Shown: positions 1 through 9,328, counted from the stretch's first letter. The stretch is 46,757 bases of DNA from Actinomycetota bacterium (GCA_027728645.1 JAQCAA010000002.1:1-46757), one strand, 5' to 3'. Notes: generated by a model not told the origin, from the sequence alone. Translations and numbers: made by a program.

Positions 1-488
1 ACCGCATCAATCCTCCCTTTGAGCGTCAACCCATTCCCGAGGTCGACATCGAATGGCGTCTCTGCGGCCGAGAATCCATCGGTCGGGAGCAACTTGAACC
101 GCTCGTACAGCTCCCCTACTTGAACCACGACTCCCGAAAAGCTGGACTTCGTCATATGCAGAGAGGCCATCTGCTCCCCAAAGTGCCGTCCAACCATCTC
201 CTTGCACCGCTGCTCAAACTCTTCGCTCGGGATTTCGCCGTCTTCGAGATGACTTGCGAAGATCTTGTGGGCGAGATTGCCCTTGAAAGCAGCGACCGAT
301 GGGGCGCCGTAGATCCCCTGCACGCGTGCAAGCGCCTGCTGGGGGCACTTTGAATACACCGTGAACAGAGATGCCGAGATGTTGAGGGGTACGCCTTCTA
401 CAAGGTCGCCAAAGAGATTCACCCCACCATCGTAAGACAGTATGAGGACACGGCCCGCGAATGATTCTCGTATCTGATCCTCGGACAT
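1..488 (-). CDS. Partial CDS running off the left edge; possibly a PD-(D/E)XK (RecB/Cas4-like) nuclease family protein, N-terminal part
   Basis: This frame is absent from the ORF track because it has no stop in the window. I translated the minus strand from the ATG at 488..486: MSEDQIRESFAGRVLILSYDGG...ISASLFTVYSKCPQQALARVQG...KGNLAHKIFASHL...LTLKGRIDA. The composition is protein-like and the frame is open to the edge. The S-x-S..Y..CP..., G..H and L.GRID pattern resembles RecB-family exonucleases. The track ORFs 120..353(+) and 214..507(-) are Arg-rich out-of-frame artefacts. Confidence 0.5.
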   Translation of the reverse strand, partial: MSEDQIRESFAGRVLILSYDGGVNLFGDLVEGVPLNISASLFTVYSKCPQQALARVQGIYGAPSVAAFKGNLAHKIFASHLEDGEIPSEEFEQRCKEMVGRHFGEQMASLHMTKSSFSGVVVQVGELYERFKLLPTDGFSAAETPFDVDLGNGLTLKGRIDA

Positions 489-527
489 ATACTCGCTCCA
501 CGGCCACCTTCCCTCCTCGGAGAACTG

Positions 528-2594
528 ATGACCCCCTCCAGAAAACGACTCACATTATTCATCGCCGTGCCGGTGATGCTGTTTTTCCTGCCGATATCGA
601 TCTACTTCGTCGACACCGCGTCCGCGTCCGATACTGTCGCTCGAAACGTCTCAATCGAAGGAATTGACGTTTCCGGTCTGTCCGGGGCTGAAGCCTCCGC
701 TGTGGCAGACGCGTATGCGACTGGCCTCAAGTCAAACCTCGTCACCGTGTCGATTGCCGATACTCAGTTCAGCCTCGACCCTGCGGCCATTGGCGTGACA
801 TTTGAAACTGACACCGCTGTCAGCCGTGCACTCGGCGAGAACAAGGATGGTTTGACTGGATGGCTCAAGGCCTTCTCTTCCAAAGTTGACGTGCCAGTCG
901 AAGGTTCTATTGACGCAGGGCTTCTCAGTGTCCATATCGGCGAGTGGGAGATCGAAGGCATTGAGAATCCTGCTTTTGAGGGCAACGTTGCGGTCGAGAA
1001 CCGAGAGGTCGTGTTCGAGTACCCACACTCTGGCCTTGCGGTCGATCGTGACATGGCTTTCGACTTGGTGGCTGCGGCTGTCATGGAGGGGTCCAACGAG
1101 GTCATCGTTCTGCCGCTGGTCGACAGCGATCCGACTTTGACCAACGACGACATCGATGCCGCAGTAGCCCGCGCTGAGCTCATCATCGAAAGAGGTGTAA
1201 CGCTCACAAACGACGTGTACGGGTTTGAGTACACAGTGGATCCATTCAACATGGCGCGTGCGCTTGTCGTCCATGTTGTTCGAGGTACCCCTCCGTCTAT
1301 CGAATTTTCGGTTGACTCCACGGTGCTTGGTCCTCTGGTCGAAATCAGACGAGCCACATTCGAAGTCCCTCCGGTCGATGCGTACTGGGAGATCATCGAG
1401 GTCGATGACCACGAGGACTGGCCGGAGAACTACGCGATCACTGACAGTCCTCAAGAAGACGAAGAGGGACTTCCTGAAGACGATGTCATCGAATTGATCC
1501 CTTCCACCATGGGAACCAAGCTCGATGTGAACCGAGTTGTGCAGTCGATCGAGGCTGCGGCGCTAGGCGATGGCACGGGAGATCTTGTGCTCGAACTCAC
1601 GGCCGAGCCCGGATTTTCGACCGAAGATGCATTGGCATACGGCGAGCTGTACGAAGTTTCCGAATTCACAACGTTTATGCCAGGGACCAACCGAGCGCAC
1701 AATATTGCACTGATGGCCGACACAATTGACGGATACATGGTCATGCCTGGTGAGACCTTCTCGGTGAACGAGGTCATCGGGCAACGGACCCTCGCCAAGG
1801 GCTACAAATACGACTGTGCCATTGTTGGTGGCGAGTTTTCGTGCGAACAGGACCAGGTGAACGTCGGCGCTGGCGTCAGCCAGTTTGGAACGACAATCTT
1901 CAACGCCATCTTCTTCGGCTGCTACGAGGACGTGGTTCATCAGCCCCACAGCATTTACTTCTCCAGGTATCCCGAAGGCCGTGAGGCGACCCTCGGGTAC
2001 CCCTCCCCCGACGTGGCTTTCATCAACAACACTGAAGCGCCTGTCATCATCAAGACAAGCCACACGAAGCGATCCATTACGGTCACTTTCTTCGGAAACA
2101 ACGGCGGGATGAGGTGTGATTCCGAGCGATCGGAGAGAAGCGGCTACACATCGGCTTCGCTGGACTATCAGACCGACCCTGAAGTATTCGTGGCCCCCGG
2201 TGCGGAAGTCGTCAAGTCAGCCGGCTCCGGGGGATGGTCGGTCACGGTCACGAGGGTGTTCTACGACGCTCAAGGAACCGAGATCGAACGGGAGCCGTTC
2301 TACTGGCGATACCGCGGTGAGAAGAATGTCATTTTGCTTCACCCATGCGACCCACGCGTCGGAGGAAGTGGTGAATGCCCCGACCCTGTGCCAGGTGTTG
2401 TGGGACTAACGGAAGCAGCCGCAAAAGCTGCTATCTCGGCAGCCGGATATAGCTGGGTAGTCAAGTACATCCCCGAAGATCCCGGCGCACCAGACCGGGT
2501 AGTGAGCCAAAGCGTTGCGGGAGGCTCATATGTGTCGCCCAGTACCGCCATCACAATCTTCGTGGACAACACACCGATCGTCCCGGACCCATAA
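528..2594 (+). CDS. Membrane-anchored VanW-domain protein with C-terminal PASTA-like domain
   Basis: There is an N-terminal TM helix (LTLFIAVPVMLFFLPISIYFV). The VanW core reads GETFSVNEVIGQRTLAKGYK...GAGVSQFGTTIFNAIFF...HSIYFSRYPEGREATLGYPSPDVAFINNT. The C-terminus VPGVVGLTEAAAKAAISAAGY...VVSQSVAGGSYVSPSTAITIFV matches the PASTA repeat consensus as I remember it. Confidence 0.8.
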   Translation: MTPSRKRLTLFIAVPVMLFFLPISIYFVDTASASDTVARNVSIEGIDVSGLSGAEASAVADAYATGLKSNLVTVSIADTQFSLDPAAIGVTFETDTAVSRALGENKDGLTGWLKAFSSKVDVPVEGSIDAGLLSVHIGEWEIEGIENPAFEGNVAVENREVVFEYPHSGLAVDRDMAFDLVAAAVMEGSNEVIVLPLVDSDPTLTNDDIDAAVARAELIIERGVTLTNDVYGFEYTVDPFNMARALVVHVVRGTPPSIEFSVDSTVLGPLVEIRRATFEVPPVDAYWEIIEVDDHEDWPENYAITDSPQEDEEGLPEDDVIELIPSTMGTKLDVNRVVQSIEAAALGDGTGDLVLELTAEPGFSTEDALAYGELYEVSEFTTFMPGTNRAHNIALMADTIDGYMVMPGETFSVNEVIGQRTLAKGYKYDCAIVGGEFSCEQDQVNVGAGVSQFGTTIFNAIFFGCYEDVVHQPHSIYFSRYPEGREATLGYPSPDVAFINNTEAPVIIKTSHTKRSITVTFFGNNGGMRCDSERSERSGYTSASLDYQTDPEVFVAPGAEVVKSAGSGGWSVTVTRVFYDAQGTEIEREPFYWRYRGEKNVILLHPCDPRVGGSGECPDPVPGVVGLTEAAAKAAISAAGYSWVVKYIPEDPGAPDRVVSQSVAGGSYVSPSTAITIFVDNTPIVPDP

Positions 2595-2668
2595 GACGCA
2601 GGATACGCCGAGATATCTAAGCCTGTTCCTAGACTTGCGGCACCAGCCATCTTCCACCGAAACCACCA

Positions 2669-4645
2669 ATGAAGCATCGAAGAGCCCTATTCATAACGGT
2701 TCCGATCGCGATTCTGCTCCTTCCTTTGGGCATCTATCTCGTCGACCGCGCCACAGCCCACGACACCATTGCGCGCAATGTCATGGTGGAGGGAGTCGAT
2801 GTAGGTGGACTCAACATCGCGGACGCGACAATCGCTGTCGAGAACGACCTCAGGTCCTCGTCTGGCGTCTTCACAGTGAATGGGTCAACCTTCAAACTCA
2901 GTCCTGTTGAAATTGGACTCGATGCCGATGTCGCATCAGCGATAGCAGCGGCCTCTGAGGCTCGGAACACCGGCAGTTTCCTCGCTCGCTTCGCTTCGTG
3001 GCTTGCCTCGTTCTCCAAATCCGAGCAGGTTCCACTTGAAATCACTTTCGATCGCGACGCAATCGACAGTGTTTTCGATGCATGGGAAGGCACCGCTGTT
3101 TCGAACCCGGCATTCGAGGGTGCTGTCGTTGTGATCGACGGTGTCGTGGTGCCGCAGTATCCGAGGAGCGGGGAAGGAATTGACAGAGCGTTTGCTGTAA
3201 CTCAAATGGAGAGGGAAATGAGTCGCCTCGACAAGACCGGTGTCGTGGTCCCGGTGATCGAGGTGCGTCCCGTCCTCACCAATGCACAGATTGACGCCAC
3301 CGCCGCCGAAGTCCGAACGATGATCTCGGAACCCATTCAGATGATTTCAAGTGAAGTCGGTTTTCGTGTGACCTTTGACACGAAGGACTTGGCCGCAGCG
3401 GTAATAGCCGGAATCTCTGAAGACGGCACCGAGATAGTCTCGACGTTCGATCCAGAAGTGGTGCTCGCAATCCTCGAGCCGCGAAGGACCGAGTATGAGA
3501 TCCTGCCGGTGAATGCTCGGGTCGACGTAAACCTAGAGACCGATGTTATTTCCGTGATCCCTGGGCGTTCAGGGCCGCTACTCGATGTCGATGGGCTGAT
3601 TGCCTCGATGAAGGCTGCCTCATTGGGTGCGAAGACCGGAGAATTCCCGCTCCTTGTCGGTGCACAACCCGAGCTCACGACTGAGCAGGCGCAGGCTCTG
3701 ACGACACTCAAACCACTCGGAGGGTTCACCACGGCCCACCCAGCCAACGAGGACAGGGTCATCAACATTCAAGCCATGGCCGACGAGGTCGACGGTGCAA
3801 TCGTGCCGCCCGGCGAGACATGGTCCATTAACGACCATGTTGGCGAGAGAACCGAAGCCAAGGGCTACGTGGCAGCGTGGGCCATCATCAACGGGGTCCC
3901 CTACTGCTGTGATCATGCAGCCAATATTGGTGGAGGCGTCAGCCAGTTCGGTACCACGATGTTCAACGCAATCTTCTATTCCTGTCTCGAAGATGTGGAG
4001 CACCGGCCGCACTCCCTCTACTTCACGAGATACCCCATGGGGAGAGAGGCGACCCTTGGGGTTCCCGGGCCGGATGTCTCGTTTCGAAACAACACGGACT
4101 CGCCGGTGCTGATCAAGACGGCGTACACGTCAACATCGATCACAGTCAAGATGTATGGGAACAACGGCGGACTTGTGTGCACCGATATCACGCATCCCGT
4201 GGAGGACGTTGTCGCGTTTGAAGAAGAGCTTGTCGCTGACGAACTCGACGAGATCCACCCAGGGGAGCGTGTCAAAGAACGTGGAGGGATAGATGGATTC
4301 CTCGTGAAGGTCGACCGAGTCGTCACCTACCCAGACGGCAGACAAGAACTCGACCTGGCTCTTGTATGGCGCTATCGGCCGCTGACGACGCTGTTCACGG
4401 TCCACCCGTGTGAAATCACTGGCGAACCGATCGACTGCCCCATAAAGCTCCCGTCGCTCATCAACAAGACATGGGAACAGGCTCTGGCTACGTTGGACGA
4501 GCTCGGACTTCTCGCAGCAAAGAACTCAGGGTTCGTCGACAATCCTGAACAAGACAACATCGTGCTTCTCCAAGACCCAGCGCCAGGAGAATGGGTTCCC
4601 TTTGGGTCGACAATCACGCTGACTGTCGGGGAATTCGCTGAGTAG
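2669..4645 (+). CDS. Membrane-anchored VanW-domain protein with C-terminal PASTA-like domain (paralog of 528..2594)
   Basis: It is collinear with the upstream gene. It has a TM helix (LFITVPIAILLLPLGIYLV) and the VanW core GETWSINDHVGERTEAKGY...GGGVSQFGTTMFNAIFY...HSLYFTRYPMGREATLGVPGPDVSFRNNT. A conserved HPC...CP Cys pair is followed by a PASTA-like tail (LPSLINKTWEQALATLDELGL...LLQDPAPGEWVPFGSTITLTV). Confidence 0.8.
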   Translation: MKHRRALFITVPIAILLLPLGIYLVDRATAHDTIARNVMVEGVDVGGLNIADATIAVENDLRSSSGVFTVNGSTFKLSPVEIGLDADVASAIAAASEARNTGSFLARFASWLASFSKSEQVPLEITFDRDAIDSVFDAWEGTAVSNPAFEGAVVVIDGVVVPQYPRSGEGIDRAFAVTQMEREMSRLDKTGVVVPVIEVRPVLTNAQIDATAAEVRTMISEPIQMISSEVGFRVTFDTKDLAAAVIAGISEDGTEIVSTFDPEVVLAILEPRRTEYEILPVNARVDVNLETDVISVIPGRSGPLLDVDGLIASMKAASLGAKTGEFPLLVGAQPELTTEQAQALTTLKPLGGFTTAHPANEDRVINIQAMADEVDGAIVPPGETWSINDHVGERTEAKGYVAAWAIINGVPYCCDHAANIGGGVSQFGTTMFNAIFYSCLEDVEHRPHSLYFTRYPMGREATLGVPGPDVSFRNNTDSPVLIKTAYTSTSITVKMYGNNGGLVCTDITHPVEDVVAFEEELVADELDEIHPGERVKERGGIDGFLVKVDRVVTYPDGRQELDLALVWRYRPLTTLFTVHPCEITGEPIDCPIKLPSLINKTWEQALATLDELGLLAAKNSGFVDNPEQDNIVLLQDPAPGEWVPFGSTITLTVGEFAE

Positions 4646-4667
4646 GGGTTTTCCGAGTAGGTAGAGC

Positions 4668-4970
4668 TCAGGCGTCTGGATAGAACAAGAAGAAGTCCTC
4701 GATCACCGACGAGACGGCAGCGAGTTTCGCTTCATCCCACCCAGCAGTGGAGCTGGCAATCAAAGAGTTCTGGTCGATGTAGACCCTCGTGAGGGCTCCG
4801 TCGGCCTCGAAGAGCTCCGCTGCGAGCTTTCCTGCGATCGAACCTGCCTCCGTAGCAGCTTCGCTGGATTCGAATCCCTCGCCATCGGTGCCTGTGAAGC
4901 TTCGATTCGTTGAGACCACAACCGTGTTTTCGATCACAGTCATGCCATCTATTTCGATCCGCTGTCCCAT
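4668..4970 (-). CDS. Small Nfu_N-like (NifU N-terminal domain-like) protein
   Basis: I place the start at the ATG at 4970, preceded by GGAGG-actg; the track's longer version to 5021 lacks an RBS. MGQRIEIDGMTVIENTVVV...SIAGKLAAELFEADGALTRVYIDQNSLIASSTAGWDEAKL...IEDFF resembles the Nfu/NifU N-terminal scaffold domain. This is a family call from memory. Confidence 0.5.
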   Translation of the reverse strand: MGQRIEIDGMTVIENTVVVSTNRSFTGTDGEGFESSEAATEAGSIAGKLAAELFEADGALTRVYIDQNSLIASSTAGWDEAKLAAVSSVIEDFFLFYPDA

Positions 4971-5040
4971 CAGTCCTCCGCGCCGGTGCCGAGCGGCAAT
5001 GGTAGGAGGCGGGCAGCCCAATCACGATGCACCTGACAAA

Positions 5041-6477
5041 TCAATGCAAGGAGTCAGGATGGAGAACGTCGCCGGAACCAACGACGTGAAGTTTCATCAG
5101 GTTCGTCGATGATGACTGGTTCGGGGGTACGCCGGCGATCATCACCACACCGTCGCCTGCCTTGGCAATCCCAAGCCTGACGAGTTCCGCCTCGGCGTGA
5201 CTAATCATCTCATCGGTCGACTCGACTCGCTCCAGCATCATTGGCGTTATGCCACCAAGCATCGACATTGCTCGATAGGTCTTTTCGATGGGGGTGAATC
5301 CGTACACATCGGCCATCGGGCGGTACTTCGAAAGGAGCCGGGCACTCGTTCCTGACTCAGTGAACGCGATAATTGTTGCAAGGCCGAGCCTGTCAGCAGT
5401 ATCAACAGCTGCCTCCGCCGTCGCCGAGGCAAAGACAGCACCCTCTGCAATACCAGAGAGGTTCGTGGCGCGACCGTACTCTGGCGACTTTTCGGCCTCC
5501 ATGACAATGTCGGCCATCAACTTGACGGCCAGAGTCGGGTACTCGCCGATGGCTGTCTCTGCCGACAGCATTACAGCATCGGATCCGTCAAGAACCGACC
5601 GGTACACATCAGTGACCTCCGCTCGGGTCGGTCGTGGACTTCTGATCATCGATTCGAGCATTTCCGTTGCGGTGATGGTGATCTTGCCAGCTGAGTTCGT
5701 CCGCCTGAGGATCTCCGTTTGGGCTCTCGGCACAGATTGGATCGACAACTCAACCCCAAGGTCCCCGCGAGCCACCATGGCGCCCGTGCTCTCTGAAAGG
5801 ATGTCATCGAGGTTCATGTAGCCGACCGCGGTTTCGATCTTGGCGATAAGCGCGACGTCACCTGCCACTTCCCTGACCGAACGCAGATCCGCTCCCTTTG
5901 TTACGAACGACGCGGCTACGGCGTCGACGCCGAGCGTCACACCGAATTCGAGGTCGACGACATCCTTTTCGGTTACTACAGGGATATTTGTCCTGGCTCC
6001 AGGAAATGCCACTCCCTTGTGGTCTCGCAGAATCCCCCCGACCGTGACCGTTGCGGTAATCCGCTCGGAGGTCACCTTTGTTGCCTCGAGTGTGATGAGG
6101 CCGTCAGACAAGATGATCACGCCGCCGACCGACATTTCGACGTCGTCGAGGTAGGCAACATGAATCTCCTGCGCGTCGCCTACTCCCTCGCCCGGTACCA
6201 ACGTCACGGTCGCACCGTCTTCGAGCGTCACATTTCCACCAGAGAAGGTTCCAACCCTAATTTTTGGACCCTGGATGTCTTGCATTATCGCAAGGGGTCT
6301 TCCAAGGTTGGAAGCAACCCTTCTGACGATCTCCACTCTTCGGGCGTGGTCGGCATGCTCACCGTGCGAGAAATTGATCCGCGCAACATCCATGCCGCGC
6401 TGCATGAGCTTGGAGATGACTTCCTCGGAATCCGTTGCAGGACCGAGGGTTGCGATGATTTTGGTCTTGCGGCGCAT
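5041..6477 (-). CDS. pyk: Pyruvate kinase
   Basis: MRRKTKIIATLGPATDS...VARINFSHGEHADH...IMQDIQGPKIRVG is a canonical pyruvate kinase N-terminus, and the gene is full length. The ATG at 6477 is preferred over the GTG at 6486 because AAGGTGG lies 5 nt upstream. Confidence 0.95.
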   Translation of the reverse strand: MRRKTKIIATLGPATDSEEVISKLMQRGMDVARINFSHGEHADHARRVEIVRRVASNLGRPLAIMQDIQGPKIRVGTFSGGNVTLEDGATVTLVPGEGVGDAQEIHVAYLDDVEMSVGGVIILSDGLITLEATKVTSERITATVTVGGILRDHKGVAFPGARTNIPVVTEKDVVDLEFGVTLGVDAVAASFVTKGADLRSVREVAGDVALIAKIETAVGYMNLDDILSESTGAMVARGDLGVELSIQSVPRAQTEILRRTNSAGKITITATEMLESMIRSPRPTRAEVTDVYRSVLDGSDAVMLSAETAIGEYPTLAVKLMADIVMEAEKSPEYGRATNLSGIAEGAVFASATAEAAVDTADRLGLATIIAFTESGTSARLLSKYRPMADVYGFTPIEKTYRAMSMLGGITPMMLERVESTDEMISHAEAELVRLGIAKAGDGVVMIAGVPPNQSSSTNLMKLHVVGSGDVLHPDSLH

Positions 6478-6614
6478 TGCAACCACCTTAGGACGGCCCC
6501 GTTCAACACCTGTCGATAATCTTGCTCATGATGCTGGCAACGTCACGGCTTGTCACCGAGACCCGAAATCGACTACCGTATGGGCGTGCGAAGGCTTGAC
6601 CCAACGGAGGAAAC

Positions 6615-7379
6615 ATGAAAAAAGCAGTACTACTGCTGATTGTTGCGATGGCTGTTGCCCTCGTAGCAACAGCGTGCGGTAGCGACGATCTCGGGGGAAA
6701 AGTAGTCACCGTCGGTGTCGAAAACGCCTACCCACCCTTCAACTTTGTCAACGAGACAACCGGAGAGGGCGAAGGCTTCGACTACGACGTTTGGCGCGAG
6801 ATCTGCTCAAGAATCGGCTGTGAAGCTGAGTTCGCTGAAGCGGGTTGGCCGGCGGTCATCGAGGAAACCGGCCAAGGCGTCTATGACGTCGCAGCGGACG
6901 GCATCTCGATCACTGAAGAGCGCAAGGCAGTTGTCGCATACTCCGATGCGTACATGTCGGTTATCCAGCGATACATGGTTCGGGCCGATGAGACCCGGTT
7001 CACCACGGCAGCTGAATTCGATGCCGGCGATTACCGACTCGGCACGCAGGTTGGCACCACCAACTACGAGCTCGGGGTTGATCGGATTGGCGACGGCCGA
7101 ATCGATGCATACGACCAGTTCGGTGTTGCTGTTCAGGCTCTCATTACCGGTGATGTAGACGCCGTAATCATTGATGACACAGCGGGTCAGGGATACATCG
7201 GTGTGAATGCAGATCAGACGAAGTTGCTCGCAGACGAACTTCAGTCCGACCCACTCGGATTCATCTATCCACAAGACTCCGAATTGATCGATCCTGTTAA
7301 CAAGGCACTGGAGGATATGAGAGCCGACGGAACGCTTGACGCTCTGTTCCAGAAGTGGTTCGTCGATTTCAGCGGCTAA
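6615..7379 (+). CDS. Amino-acid ABC transporter substrate-binding lipoprotein (family 3 SBP)
   Basis: A GGAGG RBS precedes the start. The signal peptide plus lipobox is [24 protein letters not shown]. The body (YPPFNF...GFDYDV...GISITEERK...Y...) is typical of polar amino-acid binding proteins. Confidence 0.85.
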   Translation: MKKAVLLLIVAMAVALVATACGSDDLGGKVVTVGVENAYPPFNFVNETTGEGEGFDYDVWREICSRIGCEAEFAEAGWPAVIEETGQGVYDVAADGISITEERKAVVAYSDAYMSVIQRYMVRADETRFTTAAEFDAGDYRLGTQVGTTNYELGVDRIGDGRIDAYDQFGVAVQALITGDVDAVIIDDTAGQGYIGVNADQTKLLADELQSDPLGFIYPQDSELIDPVNKALEDMRADGTLDALFQKWFVDFSG

Positions 7380-7406
7380 CACCGTGGGCGAATAGACGAT
7401 AGATGG

Positions 7407-7440
7407 ATGAAGGGGTCGGACCACGGTCCGGTCCCTTCAT
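7407..7440 (+). terminator. Intercistronic stem-loop between the SBP and permease genes (partial terminator or mRNA-stabilising hairpin)
   Basis: ATGAAGGG(gt)CGGAC-caCG-GTCCG(gt)CCCTTCAT forms 8 + 5 bp with a 2x2 internal loop. It is followed only by tcgtatc, so the U-tract is weak. Confidence 0.4.
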
Positions 7441-7482
7441 TCGTATCAAGAGGTATGTTGACACCGCCGACTGAGGGGTGAC

Positions 7483-8289
7483 ATGAAAGCAATGGAACCG
7501 AAGGCCGTAGACCCAACGCCTCCTGGCGCGAAAGTGCGCTACGAGTGGTCAGGGTTTCCGTGGTGGTTCCTTGGGATCATCGGCGTCATCGCGTATCCCG
7601 TATTCAAGGTCTTAACTGACGACACATGGAACGATGGATTCCAGTTCATCAAGGCGGGGATGGTCTTGACCATCATCGTGACCCTCGGCGGGTTTGTTGT
7701 CGCCATGGTGCTTGGGCTCGTCGTCGCCCTCGGGAGAATGGCGAAGAACGTGTTCGCAAGAAACCTCGCGATCTTCTACATCGAGGTCATCCGTGGAATT
7801 CCGGTGCTGGTCACGATCATCTTCGTCGGGCTTGTTGCATGGCCACAACTCATGGGAGCGCTTGGCATCAGCGGTCGAACTGGACTGGCATCACCCGCCG
7901 TCAAAGCAACCATGGCGGTCGGGATGGTCTACGCGGCATTCATAGCTGAAGTCTTCAGGGCCGGCGTCGAGTCCGTAAGCATTGGTCAACGCGAAGCAGG
8001 GATGTCCGTCGGGCTGAGCAGGATTCAAGTGTTCCGAACCATCGTCTGGCCTCAAGCCATCAAGAACATCCTGCCAGCGCTTGGCAACGATCTGATCGCA
8101 CTCCTGAAGGACTCGTCGTTGGTCTCGATTCTTGCGGTGAGGGAGCTCACCCAGATGACGAAGCTGTGGACCGGCGTGACCTTCCAATTTCTCGCCGGCT
8201 ATCTCATACTCGCCGCTTTCTATCTACTCCTAACGGTCTCGCTGAGCATCCTGCTGCAGTGGTATGAACGAAAGATCGCAACCCCCTGA
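7483..8289 (+). CDS. Amino-acid ABC transporter permease (HisM/GlnP type)
   Basis: This is a polytopic membrane protein with the EAA-like loop region (REAGMSVGLSRIQVFRTIVWPQAIKNILPALGN) typical of polar amino-acid permeases. Confidence 0.9.
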   Translation: MKAMEPKAVDPTPPGAKVRYEWSGFPWWFLGIIGVIAYPVFKVLTDDTWNDGFQFIKAGMVLTIIVTLGGFVVAMVLGLVVALGRMAKNVFARNLAIFYIEVIRGIPVLVTIIFVGLVAWPQLMGALGISGRTGLASPAVKATMAVGMVYAAFIAEVFRAGVESVSIGQREAGMSVGLSRIQVFRTIVWPQAIKNILPALGNDLIALLKDSSLVSILAVRELTQMTKLWTGVTFQFLAGYLILAAFYLLLTVSLSILLQWYERKIATP

Positions 8290-8756
8290 TGGCAACTGAC
8301 ATGGCCCCAGGCAACGACCTTGCTGACGGATTGGGACCTCTCATCGAGCGATTCGATCATGTGTCGATGGCGGTCCGTAGCATCGAGTCCGGGACCTCCT
8401 TCGTTGCTCTCGTAGGGGGCGTGCGATTCGACGGTGGACTCAGCCCTCGAGAGGATTTCTACTGGGAGCAGTACCGCCTACCTGGTTGGGGGACACTCGA
8501 GATCATCGCTGCGGTAAACCAAAACGACCCGTCACACTTCATCAACCGTTTCATCGCTGAACGAGGAGAAGGCCTTCATCACCTAACACTGAAAGTCACG
8601 AACATCGAGGAGGCCGTCGATGCCGCAAGAGCACTCGGATTCACGGTGGTGGGCTTCGACGACTCGGACCCAACATGGAAAGAGGCGTTCGTCCACCCGA
8701 AGTCCTCCAGCGGCGTGCTCGTCCAGCTCGCTGAATTCCCAGACGGTGAGCACTAG
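8289..8756 (+). CDS. VOC-family protein, methylmalonyl-CoA epimerase-like
   Basis: FDHVSMAVRSIE...GTLEIIA...GEGLHHLTLKVTNIEEAV...FVHPKSSSGVLVQLAEF matches the glyoxalase/VOC fold and the MCE-like pattern. Its ATG overlaps the permease TGA by 1 nt (TGATG). Confidence 0.6.
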   Translation: MATDMAPGNDLADGLGPLIERFDHVSMAVRSIESGTSFVALVGGVRFDGGLSPREDFYWEQYRLPGWGTLEIIAAVNQNDPSHFINRFIAERGEGLHHLTLKVTNIEEAVDAARALGFTVVGFDDSDPTWKEAFVHPKSSSGVLVQLAEFPDGEH

Positions 8757-8761
8757 AAGTC

Positions 8762-9328
8762 GTGCGCACCGCATTGATTCCGATCCGGGATTTCTGTGGG
8801 ATGACGCGACTTGCTGGTGTGGTCAACCTCGCTGAGCGTTCTACCTTCGCCAGATCCCTCTCAGAGATCGCCGTGGCTGCTGCAATGGACGCTGGCTTGG
8901 CAGTTCGGGTTCTCACAGGCGACAAGGAGGTCGCATCGTGGTGCGAAGACCGAAAACTTGAAGTCACCGACGATACGGGCGGCGGACTCTCAACATCGCT
9001 CAGCAACGCAGTCGACGCGCTCGAGCGCCCATGGCTCGTCTGCCACGCCGACCTCCCATTGGTTACCGGCGAGGCTCTCTCGGATGTATCAGCTGCCGCC
9101 GACAATCGCGGATGGGCGATTGCGCCAAGCCTTGACGGGGGAACGAACGTAATCGCTGGGACTGGACGATTTCGGTTTTCGTTCGGACCAGGGTCATTTC
9201 ACTCTCATCTGGCTTCAGTACCGAACGCAGCAGTCATTGTCGATGCCAGACTCGCCGTCGAGGTCGACACGCCGTGGCACCTTGGAGTGCTGAGAGGGCT
9301 CGGACTTGTGCCTAGCCTCGTGTCGTGA
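8762..9328 (+). CDS. fbiD: 2-phospho-L-lactate / phosphoenolpyruvate guanylyltransferase (F420 biosynthesis, CofC/FbiD)
   Basis: It has a GTG start. ALIPIRDF..MTRLA, CHADLPLVTGEAL, APSLDGGTNVIA, FRFSFGPGSFHSH and VDTPWHLGVL line up with my recollection of M. tuberculosis FbiD (Rv2983) motifs. Confidence 0.7.
   Translation: MRTALIPIRDFCGMTRLAGVVNLAERSTFARSLSEIAVAAAMDAGLAVRVLTGDKEVASWCEDRKLEVTDDTGGGLSTSLSNAVDALERPWLVCHADLPLVTGEALSDVSAAADNRGWAIAPSLDGGTNVIAGTGRFRFSFGPGSFHSHLASVPNAAVIVDARLAVEVDTPWHLGVLRGLGLVPSLVS

Noticed and set aside
120-507. Track ORFs 120..353(+) and 214..507(-) at the left edge.
   Set aside because: A third frame on the minus strand, starting at the ATG at 488 and open to the window edge, gives a far more protein-like translation. 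The listed ORFs are Arg-rich shadows of it.
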